From an uncultured Thermomicrobiales bacterium (GTDB lineage: Bacteria; Chloroflexota; Chloroflexia; Thermomicrobiales; UBA6265), in the NCBI GenBank assembly GCA_964244115.1, contig CAXTHM010000009.1, forward strand, positions 665-64,664: a stretch of 64,000 nucleotides of DNA, written 5' to 3'. Shown here piece by piece: positions 26,967 to 37,055 of this stretch. A program made the translations under genes and the position numbers. Numbering within the stretch: position 1 is the first letter of the stretch; every line of letters begins with the position of its first letter. The notes under the pieces were generated by a model that did not search any database, was not told the origin of the DNA, and was given only the letters and a program-made list of their open reading frames with translations.

Positions 26967-29330
26967 GTGGCCGATCAGGTGACCCGTCCCGACACCGCCC
27001 GCCTCACCCGCGGGCTGAACGATGAGCAGATCCGGGCCGTCCAGACCACGGAGGGGCCCGTCCTCGTCGTCGCCGGGCCGGGCTCCGGCAAGACCCGCGT
27101 CCTCACCCATCGGATCGCCTGGCTGCTGGAGGAGAGGGGCGTCCTCGCCGACCAGATCCTCGCCGTCACCTTCACGAACAAGGCCGCCCGGGAGATGCGT
27201 GACCGGATCGAGCGCCTCGCCGGCGACGAGATCAGCGGTCTCTGGATGGGTACGTTCCATAGCTTTGGCGTCCGCCTGCTCCGCCAGAACCCGGGCGTCG
27301 TCGCCGACCGGATCGGCCTCCAGCCCAACTTCCTCGTCTATGACGACAGCGACCAGCAGAACATCCTCAGGCGCGCGATCCAGGCCGCTGGGATCGACCC
27401 CCGCCAGCTCCCTCCGCGCCGGGCCGGAGGCCGGATCTCGTCCGCCAAGAACCAGATGCTGAGCCCGAAGGAGTTCGCCGCCTCGGTCTCCTCCCACGAC
27501 GACGAGGTCATCGCCCGGGTCTACGAGCACTACGCCCGGCTGCTGCGCGAGGCCAATGCCGTCGACTTCGACGACCTCCTCCGCCTGCCGATCGAGCTGT
27601 TCGACCGGGCACCTCAAGTCCTGAAGCGATACCAGACCCAGTTCAAATACATCCTCGTCGACGAGTACCAGGACACCAACCGGGTCCAGTACGTCCTGGT
27701 CACCGCCCTCGCGAACCGCTGGCACAACCTGTTCGTCGTCGGCGACCCCGACCAGTCCATCTACGCCTGGCGAGCGGCCGACATCCGGAACATCCTCGAG
27801 TTCCAGTCCGACTACCCCGACGCGATCCGGATCGACCTCGATATCAACTATCGCTCGACCGCCCGGATCGTCAGCGTCGCCGACGCCGTGATCCGCGAGA
27901 ACAAGCAGCGGCTCGACCGGAAGCTGACGACCAACAACGATGAGGGCGACCCGATCGCCCTGCGCGAACTGGCCGACCAGAACCACGAGGCCCAGTACGT
28001 CGTCTCCGAGATCCGCCGGCTGATGCAGTCGCAGGGCATCCGGCCCGACGCCGTCGCCGTGATGTACCGGACGACCGCCCAGAGCCGCGTCCTGGAGGAG
28101 GCGTTCCGGGTCAGCGATGTCCCCTACCGGGTCGTCGGTGGCGTCAAGTTCTACGAGCGCAAGGAAGTCCGGGACGTGATCGCCGTCCTGCGGCTGATCC
28201 ACAACCCGGCCGACGTGGTCAGCCTGGAGCGGATCATCGGCAGCTTCGCGATCGGCAAGGGGCTCGGCCCGAAGGCAGTCGATGCCGTTCGCGAGTGGTC
28301 ATCGGTCTATCAGCGCCCGATCGCCGAGGGTTTCATCGCCCTGGTCGAGCGACCGACCGATCCGGACGTCGAGCCGCCCACCCTGAGCGGGGCCGCCCGA
28401 ACCGCCGCGACCAAGGTCGGCAAGGCCCTCGCCCGTCTGCGGGACGACGCGAAGACCGCGACGCTGAGCGAGCTGTTCGACGCGATCGTCGAAGTGACCG
28501 GCTACCGGGATGCCTTCGACGGCAGCGTCGAGGAGGAGATGCAGCGCTGGGCCAACGTCCTCGAGCTGCGGACCGACCTGAGCCGGTACGACGACATGCC
28601 CGACCCGTCGGACGCCCTCGCGCAGTACCTGGAGCAGGTCGCGCTCGTCTCCGATGTCGACACGATGACGGACGACGGGCAGGGGCAGGTGACGTTGATC
28701 ACGCTGCACTCGGCCAAGGGGCTGGAGTTCCCGGTCGTCTTCATCGTCGGGCTGGAGGAGGGGCTGCTGCCGATCAGCCGGGCGGTCGAGGCCGAGTTCC
28801 AGGACCCGCAGCCGATGGAGGAGGAGCGCCGCCTGTTCTACGTCGGCATCACCCGGGCCCAGCGGATGCTCTACCTGACCTACGTCACCAGCCGTCAGCT
28901 CTACGGCCGCTACAACCCCGGCGTCGAGTCGCGCTTCATCGAGTCGATCCCGCAGTCGGCCCTCTCGACCGTCTCCCGGAGCTTCCCCCGCTTCGGCGGC
29001 AGCCGAACCTCCCTGCGCGACCGGGCCACCTCCAATGACCGCCTCGGGGGCCACGGCGCCGGCGCCGGCCGCTACAGCGGCGCCCAGCCTGGGCAGAGCG
29101 ACGACTTCTCGTCGAAGCCGATCGGCGGCGGCTTCGGGCGCGACGACCAGCCTGCCCGCCCGCACAAGACCTACGCTGCCGGCCAGCGCGTCTTCCACAC
29201 TAAGTTCGGTGAGGGCCAGATCACCGGCGTCGAGGCCCGGCGGGACGATCAGGAAGTCGTCGTCGCCTTCGAGCGCCACGGCACCAAGCGCCTGATGGCG
29301 AGCCTGGCGCCGCTGGACATCATCGCGTGA
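26967..29330 (+). CDS. pcrA: ATP-dependent DNA helicase PcrA/UvrD
   Basis: AGPGSGKT, TFTNKAAREM, ILVDEYQDTN, VGDPDQSIY, TLHSAKGLEF and YVGITRA helicase motifs. I prefer the GTG at 26967, 7 nt after GGAGG; an alternative in-frame GTG is at 26937. Confidence 0.92.
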   Translation: MADQVTRPDTARLTRGLNDEQIRAVQTTEGPVLVVAGPGSGKTRVLTHRIAWLLEERGVLADQILAVTFTNKAAREMRDRIERLAGDEISGLWMGTFHSFGVRLLRQNPGVVADRIGLQPNFLVYDDSDQQNILRRAIQAAGIDPRQLPPRRAGGRISSAKNQMLSPKEFAASVSSHDDEVIARVYEHYARLLREANAVDFDDLLRLPIELFDRAPQVLKRYQTQFKYILVDEYQDTNRVQYVLVTALANRWHNLFVVGDPDQSIYAWRAADIRNILEFQSDYPDAIRIDLDINYRSTARIVSVADAVIRENKQRLDRKLTTNNDEGDPIALRELADQNHEAQYVVSEIRRLMQSQGIRPDAVAVMYRTTAQSRVLEEAFRVSDVPYRVVGGVKFYERKEVRDVIAVLRLIHNPADVVSLERIIGSFAIGKGLGPKAVDAVREWSSVYQRPIAEGFIALVERPTDPDVEPPTLSGAARTAATKVGKALARLRDDAKTATLSELFDAIVEVTGYRDAFDGSVEEEMQRWANVLELRTDLSRYDDMPDPSDALAQYLEQVALVSDVDTMTDDGQGQVTLITLHSAKGLEFPVVFIVGLEEGLLPISRAVEAEFQDPQPMEEERRLFYVGITRAQRMLYLTYVTSRQLYGRYNPGVESRFIESIPQSALSTVSRSFPRFGGSRTSLRDRATSNDRLGGHGAGAGRYSGAQPGQSDDFSSKPIGGGFGRDDQPARPHKTYAAGQRVFHTKFGEGQITGVEARRDDQEVVVAFERHGTKRLMASLAPLDIIA

Positions 29331-30400
29331 CCGACCGCGAGGCGCCCATCGTGACGGAGAGTTGGGTCCCGATCGAGACCGCGAGTGTCCGGGAACGCCT
29401 CGAACAGCGTGAGACGACCTGGCTTGCGCCGGGAGCGGCGCGGTCGGTCGACGGCCGCCGGCTGCGGTACGAGGACGAGAGCCCGGTCCGGACCGCCTTC
29501 CAGCGCGACCGCGACCGGATCATCCACTCCTCGTCGTTCCGGCGGCTGATGCACAAGACACAGGTCTTCATCGCCCCGGTCGGCGACCACTACCGCACCC
29601 GCCTGACCCACACGCTCGAGGTCACGCAGATCGCCCGCACGATCGGCCGGGCGATCGGTCTGAACGAAGACCTCGTCGAGGCGATCGGCCTGGGCCACGA
29701 CCTCGGCCACACGCCGTTCGGCCACGCCGGCGAGCGGGCGCTGGCCGAGATGTTCCCTGGCTTCCGGCACAACGAGCAGAGCCTCCGCGTCGTCGATCTG
29801 CTGGAGAAGGACGGCGAGGGTCTCAACCTGACCGACGCCGTCCGCGACGGGATCCTGCGCCACTCCAAGGGCCGGGCGACGATCACCGGCACGCGGGCGG
29901 GCACGCCCTCGACAGCCGAGGGTGAGGTCGTCAAGCTGTCCGATGCCCTCGCCTACATCAACCACGACCTCGACGACGCCATCCGGGCCGGGATCGTCGC
30001 CTGGCCCGACGTGCCGACCATCGTCGGCGAGGTTCTCGGCACCAATCACGCCGCCCGGATCAACACGCTCGTCACCGACGTGATCGAACACGCCGACGCC
30101 GCGACCGTACCGGTCTCGATCGGGCTGACCGAGGAGGTCCGGACGGCGGCCGACGCGCTCCGCGATTTCCTGTACGAACGTGTCTATACTCCGATCAATC
30201 AGCGTCGCGACACCATCCGCGCCCAGCAGATCGTCCGGGATCTCTTCGCGTATTATGTCGAACACCCCGAACGGATGTGGTCCAACGGCCTGGTGTCTCC
30301 GGCCGACGATCCGGTCGAGCGCCGGGTGGCGGACTACGTCGCCGCGCTGACCGACCGGTCGGCCCTGGAGCTGTTCGAGGCCCACGTCCTCAACCCATGA
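29327..30400 (+). CDS. dgt: dGTPase-like HD-domain triphosphohydrolase
   Basis: DRDRIIHSSSFRRLMHKTQV, RLTHTLEV and GLGHDLGHTPFGHAGE. The start overlaps the pcrA stop (GTGA). Confidence 0.88.
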   Translation: MTDREAPIVTESWVPIETASVRERLEQRETTWLAPGAARSVDGRRLRYEDESPVRTAFQRDRDRIIHSSSFRRLMHKTQVFIAPVGDHYRTRLTHTLEVTQIARTIGRAIGLNEDLVEAIGLGHDLGHTPFGHAGERALAEMFPGFRHNEQSLRVVDLLEKDGEGLNLTDAVRDGILRHSKGRATITGTRAGTPSTAEGEVVKLSDALAYINHDLDDAIRAGIVAWPDVPTIVGEVLGTNHAARINTLVTDVIEHADAATVPVSIGLTEEVRTAADALRDFLYERVYTPINQRRDTIRAQQIVRDLFAYYVEHPERMWSNGLVSPADDPVERRVADYVAALTDRSALELFEAHVLNP

Positions 30401-30472
30401 CGAATTCGGTCCAGCGATCCCGTCCGCCCCATCATCCCCGCAGGTGAGAGGTCAGCAGACAGCAGGTCAGCG

Positions 30473-32494
30473 ATGGCACGCGACTCCGTAGCCGAGGTCC
30501 GGGAGCAGACGGACATCGTCGATCTCGTCGGCGGCTACGTCCAGCTCAGGCGAACCGGCAACAGCTTCAAGGGCCTCTGCCCGTTCCATCAGGAGAAGAC
30601 GCCGTCGTTCGTCGTCTTCCCGCAGTCGGGCACCTTCCGCTGCTTCGGCTGCGGCAAGGGCGGCGACGCGCTGACCTTCTACCAGGAGGTCGAGCACGTC
30701 GACTTTCGCGAATCGCTCACCGAACTCGCCCGGCGGGCCGGCATCACGCTCTCGACGGCACCGGTCCGCGACCCAGCCGAGCAGGACCGCCGCCAGCGGC
30801 TGCTCGACGCCAACGCCGCCGCCGCCCGGTTCTTCCAGCGGGCGATCACGCTCGACCAGGGCACGCCGGGCCGCGAGCTGGCCGAGCGCCGGGGGATCGA
30901 CGCCGCTACGATGCAGGCGTTCCGGATCGGCTACGCGCCCGAGAGCCGCAATGCCCTTCAGAGCAACCTCGAGGCGGCCGGTTACACGGCCGACGAGGCG
31001 GTCGCGGCCGGGCTGCTCGGCCGGAGCGACAGCGGCCAGGTCTACGACCGCTTCCGGCGCCGGCTGATCTTCCCGATCGCCAACCGGGACGGCGAGATCG
31101 TCGGCTTCGGCGGCCGCGCCCTCGGGGACGAGCAGCCCAAGTACCTCAACTCCCCCCAGACGCCGCTCTTCGACAAGAGCGGCCTGCTCTACGGCCTGCA
31201 CCTCGCCAAGGACGCCATCCGTGAGCGCGGCGAGGTCGTCGTCGTCGAGGGCTACATGGACGTCGTCACGGCCCACCAGTTCGGCCACCACAACGTCGTC
31301 GCGGCGATGGGCACCGCGCTGACGGAAGCCCAGATCAACCTCGTCAAGCGCTTCGCCCCCCGGATCGTCCTGGCGCTCGACGCCGACGCCGCCGGGCAGG
31401 CCGCGATGGTCCGCGGGCTGGAAACCGCCACCGGGGCGATCGACCATGACGAGGTCGTCGTCGCGGTCAGTCCCGGCCTGATCTCGACCCAGCAGCGCCT
31501 CAAGACGGAGATCCGGATCGCGACGATGCCCGTCGGCAAGGACCCGGACGAGCTGATCCGACGCGCCCCGGAGGCCTGGCAGGCCGCGATCGCCGACGCC
31601 CGGCCGGTGATCGACTGGCTGATCGACGCGGTCGCCGAGACTGTCCAGCTCGACGACGCCAACTCGAAAGCCAGCGCCGTCCAGCGGATGCTGCCGATCC
31701 TGCGCCAGTTGCCGGACCGCGTGGTCCTGCATCACTACGCCGCGATCGTGGCCCGCAAGCTCGGGACCGTCCCGGACGCCGTCCTGCAGGAGCTCTCCGC
31801 CGCCTCGACAAGGACCAATCCCCGCCGCGGCGCTCCGACGCAGCGGAATCAGACCGGCTTCGACGGCCAGCGGAACGGGCCGAACCGGAACCCGGCCCCA
31901 CAGCCCAGCGGCTTCGGCTCCCCACCGGCGTCCCGGAGGCCGGGCCGGGAGATCGACAACGAGAGCTACCTCGTCGCGCTGATCGTGGCGTTCCGGCCCT
32001 ATCTCGAACCGATCATGGGTCAGGTAACGGACGACCTGATCCAGAGCAGTCGCAACCAGGAATTGCTGCGGCTGATCCGGAGTCCGGACTGCGCCGGCCT
32101 GTTCGGAGAGCGGCTCATCATCGGGCTGCCGGACGAGCTGGCCGACTACGCCGAGCGCCTCAACACCGCCGTCGGTGGCGAGGAGACCCGGCTGGAGACG
32201 GACCTCGAGCGCGAGGACATCGCGAGCCGCCAGCCCGTCCGGATGATCCCGAAGCGGTTCCCGGCCGAGGTGCTGACGGAGGCGATCGAGACATTGCGCC
32301 AGCTTCAGCGCGAGCGACTGGACGCTCACATGCGCCACCTCCAGGAGACGATCCGGGCGGCCGCAGCCGACGGCGATCTCGGAACGCTGGCCGAGACCCA
32401 GCAGCGCATGAGCGACCTGAGCCGGAGCCTGCTCCTGCTCAATCCACCGCTCAGCCCCGTCTTCAGGGACAGCCGCTCCCCGACCGCGCCGTAG
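30473..32494 (+). CDS. dnaG: DNA primase
   Basis: Zinc finger CPFHQEKTPSFVVFPQSGTFRCFGCGKGGD and TOPRIM EGYMDVV...LDADAAG. Confidence 0.93.
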   Translation: MARDSVAEVREQTDIVDLVGGYVQLRRTGNSFKGLCPFHQEKTPSFVVFPQSGTFRCFGCGKGGDALTFYQEVEHVDFRESLTELARRAGITLSTAPVRDPAEQDRRQRLLDANAAAARFFQRAITLDQGTPGRELAERRGIDAATMQAFRIGYAPESRNALQSNLEAAGYTADEAVAAGLLGRSDSGQVYDRFRRRLIFPIANRDGEIVGFGGRALGDEQPKYLNSPQTPLFDKSGLLYGLHLAKDAIRERGEVVVVEGYMDVVTAHQFGHHNVVAAMGTALTEAQINLVKRFAPRIVLALDADAAGQAAMVRGLETATGAIDHDEVVVAVSPGLISTQQRLKTEIRIATMPVGKDPDELIRRAPEAWQAAIADARPVIDWLIDAVAETVQLDDANSKASAVQRMLPILRQLPDRVVLHHYAAIVARKLGTVPDAVLQELSAASTRTNPRRGAPTQRNQTGFDGQRNGPNRNPAPQPSGFGSPPASRRPGREIDNESYLVALIVAFRPYLEPIMGQVTDDLIQSSRNQELLRLIRSPDCAGLFGERLIIGLPDELADYAERLNTAVGGEETRLETDLEREDIASRQPVRMIPKRFPAEVLTEAIETLRQLQRERLDAHMRHLQETIRAAAADGDLGTLAETQQRMSDLSRSLLLLNPPLSPVFRDSRSPTAP

Positions 32495-32752
32495 GGTCGG
32501 ACCGATCACGTCGTAGCGGCGAAGCGCGTGAGCCCGGCGGACGACTTGACCATGAATGGATCTGGCTCGGGTACGCTCTTGCGAACGCTGCGGCATGAGG
32601 GCCGAAGGCGGTCATGCGGCGAGGAACCGGTGACATCCGGTGCTGGCGCGTTCATGGTCGATGACCAAAATCGGAGCGGTCCGTCATGCCCGAGGACGGG
32701 CGGTTCAGATGCGGGAATCGGGTCTGGGACATCGTCTCCGAGCCCGACCCGT

Positions 32753-34159
32753 TCATGGTCGGGTCTCCTGGAGCGACATTGTCAGCGCCCCGGCCAGGCG
32801 GTCGTCGTCATCCGGCGCCACCGTCCGAAGATCCAGCCAGAGACAGCCGTCCTCGACCCGGCCCCAGACCGACGGCTGGCCCAGTCGCAGTCCGGCCGCG
32901 ATCCGATCGACACCGATCCCCGCCACCGGTCGAACCCGGAGAGCGACACTGCGCAGGTTCTGTCCGGGGACGGCTCCTCCGCCGAAGGTCGTGACCGCGT
33001 CGACGACCTCGACGGACCCTCCCGCTTCGGCTCCACCGAGCATCGACACGATCGTCCTGGCACGCCGCCGGAGTTCGTCGACCGGCGTCATCGCCATCCG
33101 CCAGAGTGGGATAGCCGTCATCTCCTCACCCCGCAGGTAGTGCCGCAGTGTCGCCTCCAGCCCGGCCAGCGTGACCTTGTCGACCCGGACGGCGCGGGCG
33201 ATCGGGTGCCGCGCGATTCGGGCGACGAGATCGGCGCGTCCCAGGATCAGTCCGCACTGGGGGCCACCGAGCAGCTTGTCGCCACTGGCCGTGATGATGT
33301 CGGCCCCGTCGGCCAGGCATCCCGACAGCGATCGACCCAGATCGATGGCATCGAGGTCGATCGGGTTGAGCAGCCCGCTGCCCTGGTCCTCGACGACCGG
33401 GACGTCGTGAGCCGCACCGATGGTCGCCAGTTCACGCACGGTCGTCTCGTGCGTGTAGCCGGAGATGACAAAGTTGCTCGGGTGGACCTTGAGGAGCATC
33501 CCGGTGGTGTCCGAGCAGGCGTCCTCGTAGTCATGGGCATAGGTCCGGTTGGTGGTGCCGACCTCGACCAGGCGGGCGCCACCCTGCCGGAGCACGTCCG
33601 GGATCCGGAAGCCGCCGCCGATCTCGACCGCCTCGCCGCGAGAGACGATCGCGTCGCGGTCCGCTGCCAGCGCCGCGACCGTGACCAGCAGCGCGGCGGC
33701 GTTGTTGTTGACCACGAGGGCCGCCTCGGAGCCGGTCAGGACCCGGAGCAGCTCCGAGACACGCCGTTGCCGATCTCCCCGCCGTCCCGTCCCCGGATCG
33801 ACTTCGAGGGCGACCGGCGACCGCGCGGCCTCCGCCATCGCGGTCGCAGCCGCGTTACTGACCGGGACCCGGCCGAGATTGGTGTGGATCAGCACACCGG
33901 TCGCATTGATGACCCGGTTGTCGGCCGGAGCCAGGGCACCGAGCAGCTCGGCGACGAGCGCGTTCAGGAGCGGCTCGGCCGGATCGCCCCCGCCGGCGAG
34001 GATCGCGGAGCGGGCTCCGGAGAGGCGCCCACGTATGGCGTCGCGAAGCAACGCCGGGCGAACCCCGAGCCCGGCCAGGCGCGGGTCGGCTGCGACCCGC
34101 TCGACCGACGGCAGACCGCGCAGGAGCGCGTCATTGCCTCTCGCCGCATCTCGATCCAT
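32753..34159 (-). CDS. selA: L-seryl-tRNA(Sec) selenium transferase
   Basis: NATGVLIHTNLGR and the PLP-lysine block SGDKLLGGPQCGLILG; length about 468 aa. Confidence 0.85.
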   Translation of the reverse strand: MDRDAARGNDALLRGLPSVERVAADPRLAGLGVRPALLRDAIRGRLSGARSAILAGGGDPAEPLLNALVAELLGALAPADNRVINATGVLIHTNLGRVPVSNAAATAMAEAARSPVALEVDPGTGRRGDRQRRVSELLRVLTGSEAALVVNNNAAALLVTVAALAADRDAIVSRGEAVEIGGGFRIPDVLRQGGARLVEVGTTNRTYAHDYEDACSDTTGMLLKVHPSNFVISGYTHETTVRELATIGAAHDVPVVEDQGSGLLNPIDLDAIDLGRSLSGCLADGADIITASGDKLLGGPQCGLILGRADLVARIARHPIARAVRVDKVTLAGLEATLRHYLRGEEMTAIPLWRMAMTPVDELRRRARTIVSMLGGAEAGGSVEVVDAVTTFGGGAVPGQNLRSVALRVRPVAGIGVDRIAAGLRLGQPSVWGRVEDGCLWLDLRTVAPDDDDRLAGALTMSLQETRP

Positions 34160-34174
34160 ACCCCGTCCTGCCCG

Positions 34175-34219
34175 GAAAACGGATCAGGCGGCTGGCTCTT
34201 GCGAAGCCAGCCGCCTGAT
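34175..34219 (-). terminator. Terminator of tRNA-Pro
   Basis: Hairpin atcaggcggctggct cttgcga agccagccgcctgat. The minus-strand transcript continues ccguuuucc. Confidence 0.75.
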
Positions 34220-34221
34220 GA

Positions 34222-34298
34222 TGGTCGGGGAGAGAGGATTCGAACCTCCGACCTCAGCGTCCCGAACGCTGCGCGCTGCCGGGCTGCGCTACTCCCCG
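34222..34298 (-). tRNA. tRNA-Pro (anticodon CGG), CCA encoded
   Basis: Reverse complement cggggagtagcgcagcccggcagcgcgcagcgttCGGgacgctgaggtcggaggttcgaatcctctctccccgacca. Confidence 0.9.
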
Positions 34299-34490
34299 TT
34301 CCGACGCCGGAGTATAGCACTTGCGCTCGCCACTGCCCAACCCGCACGCAGTCGTTTTCGGTGGCGCCGGCTTTGCATCCAGATCGCCATGACCGCGTTG
34401 CCCTGAAACACCGGTCGGGACGTCTGGGCGGGTGGACCCGCGCGGCGACTGTGGTAGCATCGCGCGAGACTGACGAAGGGTTAGTCGATG

Positions 34491-34563
34491 CCCGTGTAGC
34501 TCAGTGGATAGAGCGCCGCCGTCCTAAGGCGGGCGTCGGGGGTTCGAATCCCTCCGCGGGTAC
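34491..34563 (+). tRNA. tRNA-Arg (anticodon CCT)
   Basis: gcccgtgtagctcagtggatagagcgccgccgtCCTaaggcgggcgtcgggggttcgaatccctccgcgggta. The acceptor has G1.U72 and U6.G67. Confidence 0.85.
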
Positions 34564-34719
34564 CCGGTCCGACGCTCGGCCCAGATCCGTCCGACAGGAG
34601 CCGCTCCCCGGTGGCTCCTCGACCCGTCATCCTGCTCGCAGGCAGCGTCGACAGCCATGCTGGCCGGGCAGATAGGTTCGGATCGACCCTAGCGTCGGCC
34701 GAGCGGAGACCTCTTCCAC

Positions 34720-36051
34720 GTGACTACCCCACCATCCCCATCGGCGTACCGGGGTCCGGCTCTGCCGGGCTACGACGTCGACCCGCCGGTCAGCCGGATC
34801 GGCATGCTATCGGTCCATACCTCGCCCCTCGCCCAGCTCGGTACGCAGGACGCCGGCGGCATGAACCTCTACGTCCGGGAGCTCGCCCGGCACCTGGCGC
34901 GGCAGGGCCGCATCGTCGACATCTACACCCGCCGAACGGATCCATTCACCCCCGAAGTCACCGTCGACGTGCCGGGCGTCAACGTGATCGCGATCGACGC
35001 CGGACCGCCAGCGACTGTCCCCAAGCACTCCCTCTTTGAACTCACCGACGAGTTCGCCGATTCGATGGTCTCCTACATGATGCGCAACGGTCTGCACTAC
35101 GACGTGCTTCACGCCCATTACTGGTTGTCCGGCTGCGTCGCGGCCCGGCTGAAGCAGGAGCTCGGCATCCCCTTCGTCCAGATGTTCCATACGACGGCCT
35201 TCCACAAGAACGCAGCCAACATCGCTGCCCACCACGAGCCCGAGCTCCGGGAGCGTGTCGAAGCCCGGATCATCAACCTCGCGGACGCACTGATCGCCGG
35301 CAACCCGGGCGAGCGCGACGATCTCGACCGGCGCCGGGCATCGCACGATGGCATGGTCTGCATGGTGCCGCTCGGGGTCGACATGGATCGGTTCCAGCCC
35401 GGCGACATGGCGCGGGCTCGCCGGGACATGGACCTTCCGGCAGACGGCGTCCTCAGCCTGTTCGTCGGCCGGATCGACCCGATCAAGGGCATCGATATCC
35501 TGATCGAAGCCTTCTCCCGGACGGCCCAGGGCTGGGGGACGGCCTCACCGAGCCCGAAGCTGGTCCTCGTCGGCGGTGAGATCGGTGCGGACGGCCGCCC
35601 GGTCGGCGACCTCGCCGCGGTCGAGGCAGACGCCCGCCGACTTGGCATCGCGGACGATATCGTCTTTCTTGGCTCACGGCCGCAGGAGGACCTGGCGACG
35701 CTCTATCAGGCGGTCGACTTCGTCGTCATCCCGTCCCGATACGAATCGTTCGGGCTGGTCGCGATCGAGGCGATGGCGAGCGGGACCCCGGTGATCGCCT
35801 CACGCGCCGGCGGCCTGCCGTACTCGGTCCGCGACGGCGTCGCCGGACTGCTGGTCTGCCCTGGCAACGCCGTCGCCCTGACCGACGCGATCCTCGCGCT
35901 CTCCCGAGATCCGGAGCGCCGCGCCGCCCTGGCCAGGCGGGCCAGGGCTGAAGCCGGTCGGTTCTCATGGGACACCGTCGCGACGGCAATGACCGGCGTC
36001 TACCGGTCGCTTGCGGCCCGGAGCCAGTCGCCGATCTGCGCCGCGGAGTGA
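34720..36051 (+). CDS. GT4 family glycosyltransferase, MshA-like (D-inositol-3-phosphate glycosyltransferase type)
   Basis: RIGMLSVHTSPLAQLGTQDAGGMNLYVRELARHLARQGRIVDIYTRRTD matches my recollection of the MshA N-terminal signature; it also has a C-terminal E-X7-E region. GTG start. Confidence 0.8.
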   Translation: MTTPPSPSAYRGPALPGYDVDPPVSRIGMLSVHTSPLAQLGTQDAGGMNLYVRELARHLARQGRIVDIYTRRTDPFTPEVTVDVPGVNVIAIDAGPPATVPKHSLFELTDEFADSMVSYMMRNGLHYDVLHAHYWLSGCVAARLKQELGIPFVQMFHTTAFHKNAANIAAHHEPELRERVEARIINLADALIAGNPGERDDLDRRRASHDGMVCMVPLGVDMDRFQPGDMARARRDMDLPADGVLSLFVGRIDPIKGIDILIEAFSRTAQGWGTASPSPKLVLVGGEIGADGRPVGDLAAVEADARRLGIADDIVFLGSRPQEDLATLYQAVDFVVIPSRYESFGLVAIEAMASGTPVIASRAGGLPYSVRDGVAGLLVCPGNAVALTDAILALSRDPERRAALARRARAEAGRFSWDTVATAMTGVYRSLAARSQSPICAAE

Positions 36052-36349
36052 CGTACGGGTCGATTGCTTCGCCGGACTATAGGCACAGCCCAAACCTGGT
36101 CAATCTGCGCGTACGACTCCTAGGGTCTGGAGGTGAACCGGGACTTCCGACCGAGCGTTGTCTCTGGGCGCAGAATAGCTACCTGGAAACCGGAGGCTGA
36201 AGCCATCCGGCTCAGGGGTGAACAACCAGGGTATCGATCCGATTTCGCCCGGTAGCCCTTCACGGCGGTCAACCCAGCCCGGCCATCTCCTCTGAGCCGG
36301 GCGGCGTCAGCCCCCGGCCCCGCGACCCGACCAGCATCGCGAGATCCGC

Positions 36350-36682
36350 TCAGCTGCGCGAACGGTGCTCCTTGTAGTACTTCTTCGACTTCGGAAGCGG
36401 CCGGCTGTCGGCCGCCTCGCGCTCGGACTGGAAGCTCTGAGCCGCGGTCTCGAGCTCGTCCTCCAGCTGGACGAGGTCGTTGTAGACCGTGCTGTTGTCG
36501 TTCGCGACCGGCGTCCGCATCAGCATCCGGACCAGTTGCAGTTGCGACTGCGACGGGGCGCTCGCCGCCGCGGGGTCCGAGGCCCGCAGGATGATCGCGT
36601 CGACCAGCTTCATCGTGGCGCCCGAGGCGTCGTTCTCCCAGAGTCGCTGGCGGACCTGGCTCAGCCCATGCATCAGACTCAT
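36350..36682 (-). CDS. Hypothetical small helical protein (110 aa) with a basic C-terminus
   Basis: The start MSLMHGL follows a GAGGAG SD. No family recognised. Confidence 0.5.
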   Translation of the reverse strand: MSLMHGLSQVRQRLWENDASGATMKLVDAIILRASDPAAASAPSQSQLQLVRMLMRTPVANDNSTVYNDLVQLEDELETAAQSFQSEREAADSRPLPKSKKYYKEHRSRS

Positions 36683-36779
36683 GCTTGCTCCTCGTCCCTG
36701 CCCCGCCCGACCGCGACCAGCGACCGGCTCGTGGTCGGGCGGGCGTCCGGGCCATACCGACATGGTAGCCTATCGGGGA

Positions 36780-36900
36780 TAGTTGCCAGGGGTGCGGACA
36801 CCGCTGAGAGGCTGACGGAACGACCGATGGGCCCGATGCCAACCCTCCGAATCTGATCCGGGTCATGCCGGCACGGGGATCGCGACGCCGTCGCGACCAT
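36780..36900 (+). promoter_or_regulatory. TPP (THI-box) riboswitch with downstream hairpin
   Basis: ccAGGGGTGCggacaccGCTGAGAggc ... AACCCtccgaATCTGATCCGGgtcatgCCGGcaCGGGGA matches the THI element core. Hairpin tcgcgac gcc gtcgcga lies at 36880-36896, and thiD-thiE follow. Confidence 0.85.
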
Positions 36901-37055
36901 CCCGGAACCGAGCGGACAGCGGCCTCTATGGGGCCGTGTGTCCGTAGATGGTCTTGGTCGCGCTGTCTCCGTATTCCCTCGGGGCACTGTCGACTCACGC
37001 CGCCCATCCGCCCGCTCGGCGATGGCCGCGGCCCAGCGCGGACGAGGCAGACAGC

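Noticed and set aside
32495-32752. Search for tRNA-Sec (selC) or a SECIS-bearing gene flanking selA, also across 34160-34720.
   Set aside because: No sequence here has a TCA anticodon loop, an 8/5 or 9/4 acceptor/T arm or a long variable arm. The adjacent tRNAs fold cleanly as Pro(CGG) and Arg(CCT).
36209-36222. A 14-mer ggctcaggggtgaa shared between the 36.2-kb convergent spacer and 61268-61281 inside the repeat cluster.
   Set aside because: The flanks do not align. A single 14-nt match between two places in 64 kb of GC-biased sequence on both strands is expected by chance.
36052-36349. The 300-nt convergent spacer after the MshA-like gene as a possible SRP RNA, 6S RNA or riboswitch.
   Set aside because: I found no conserved core such as the GGAAGCAGCC SRP motif or a known aptamer block. 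Only a modest hairpin (gcccggc...gccgggc) is present, so nothing supports a call.
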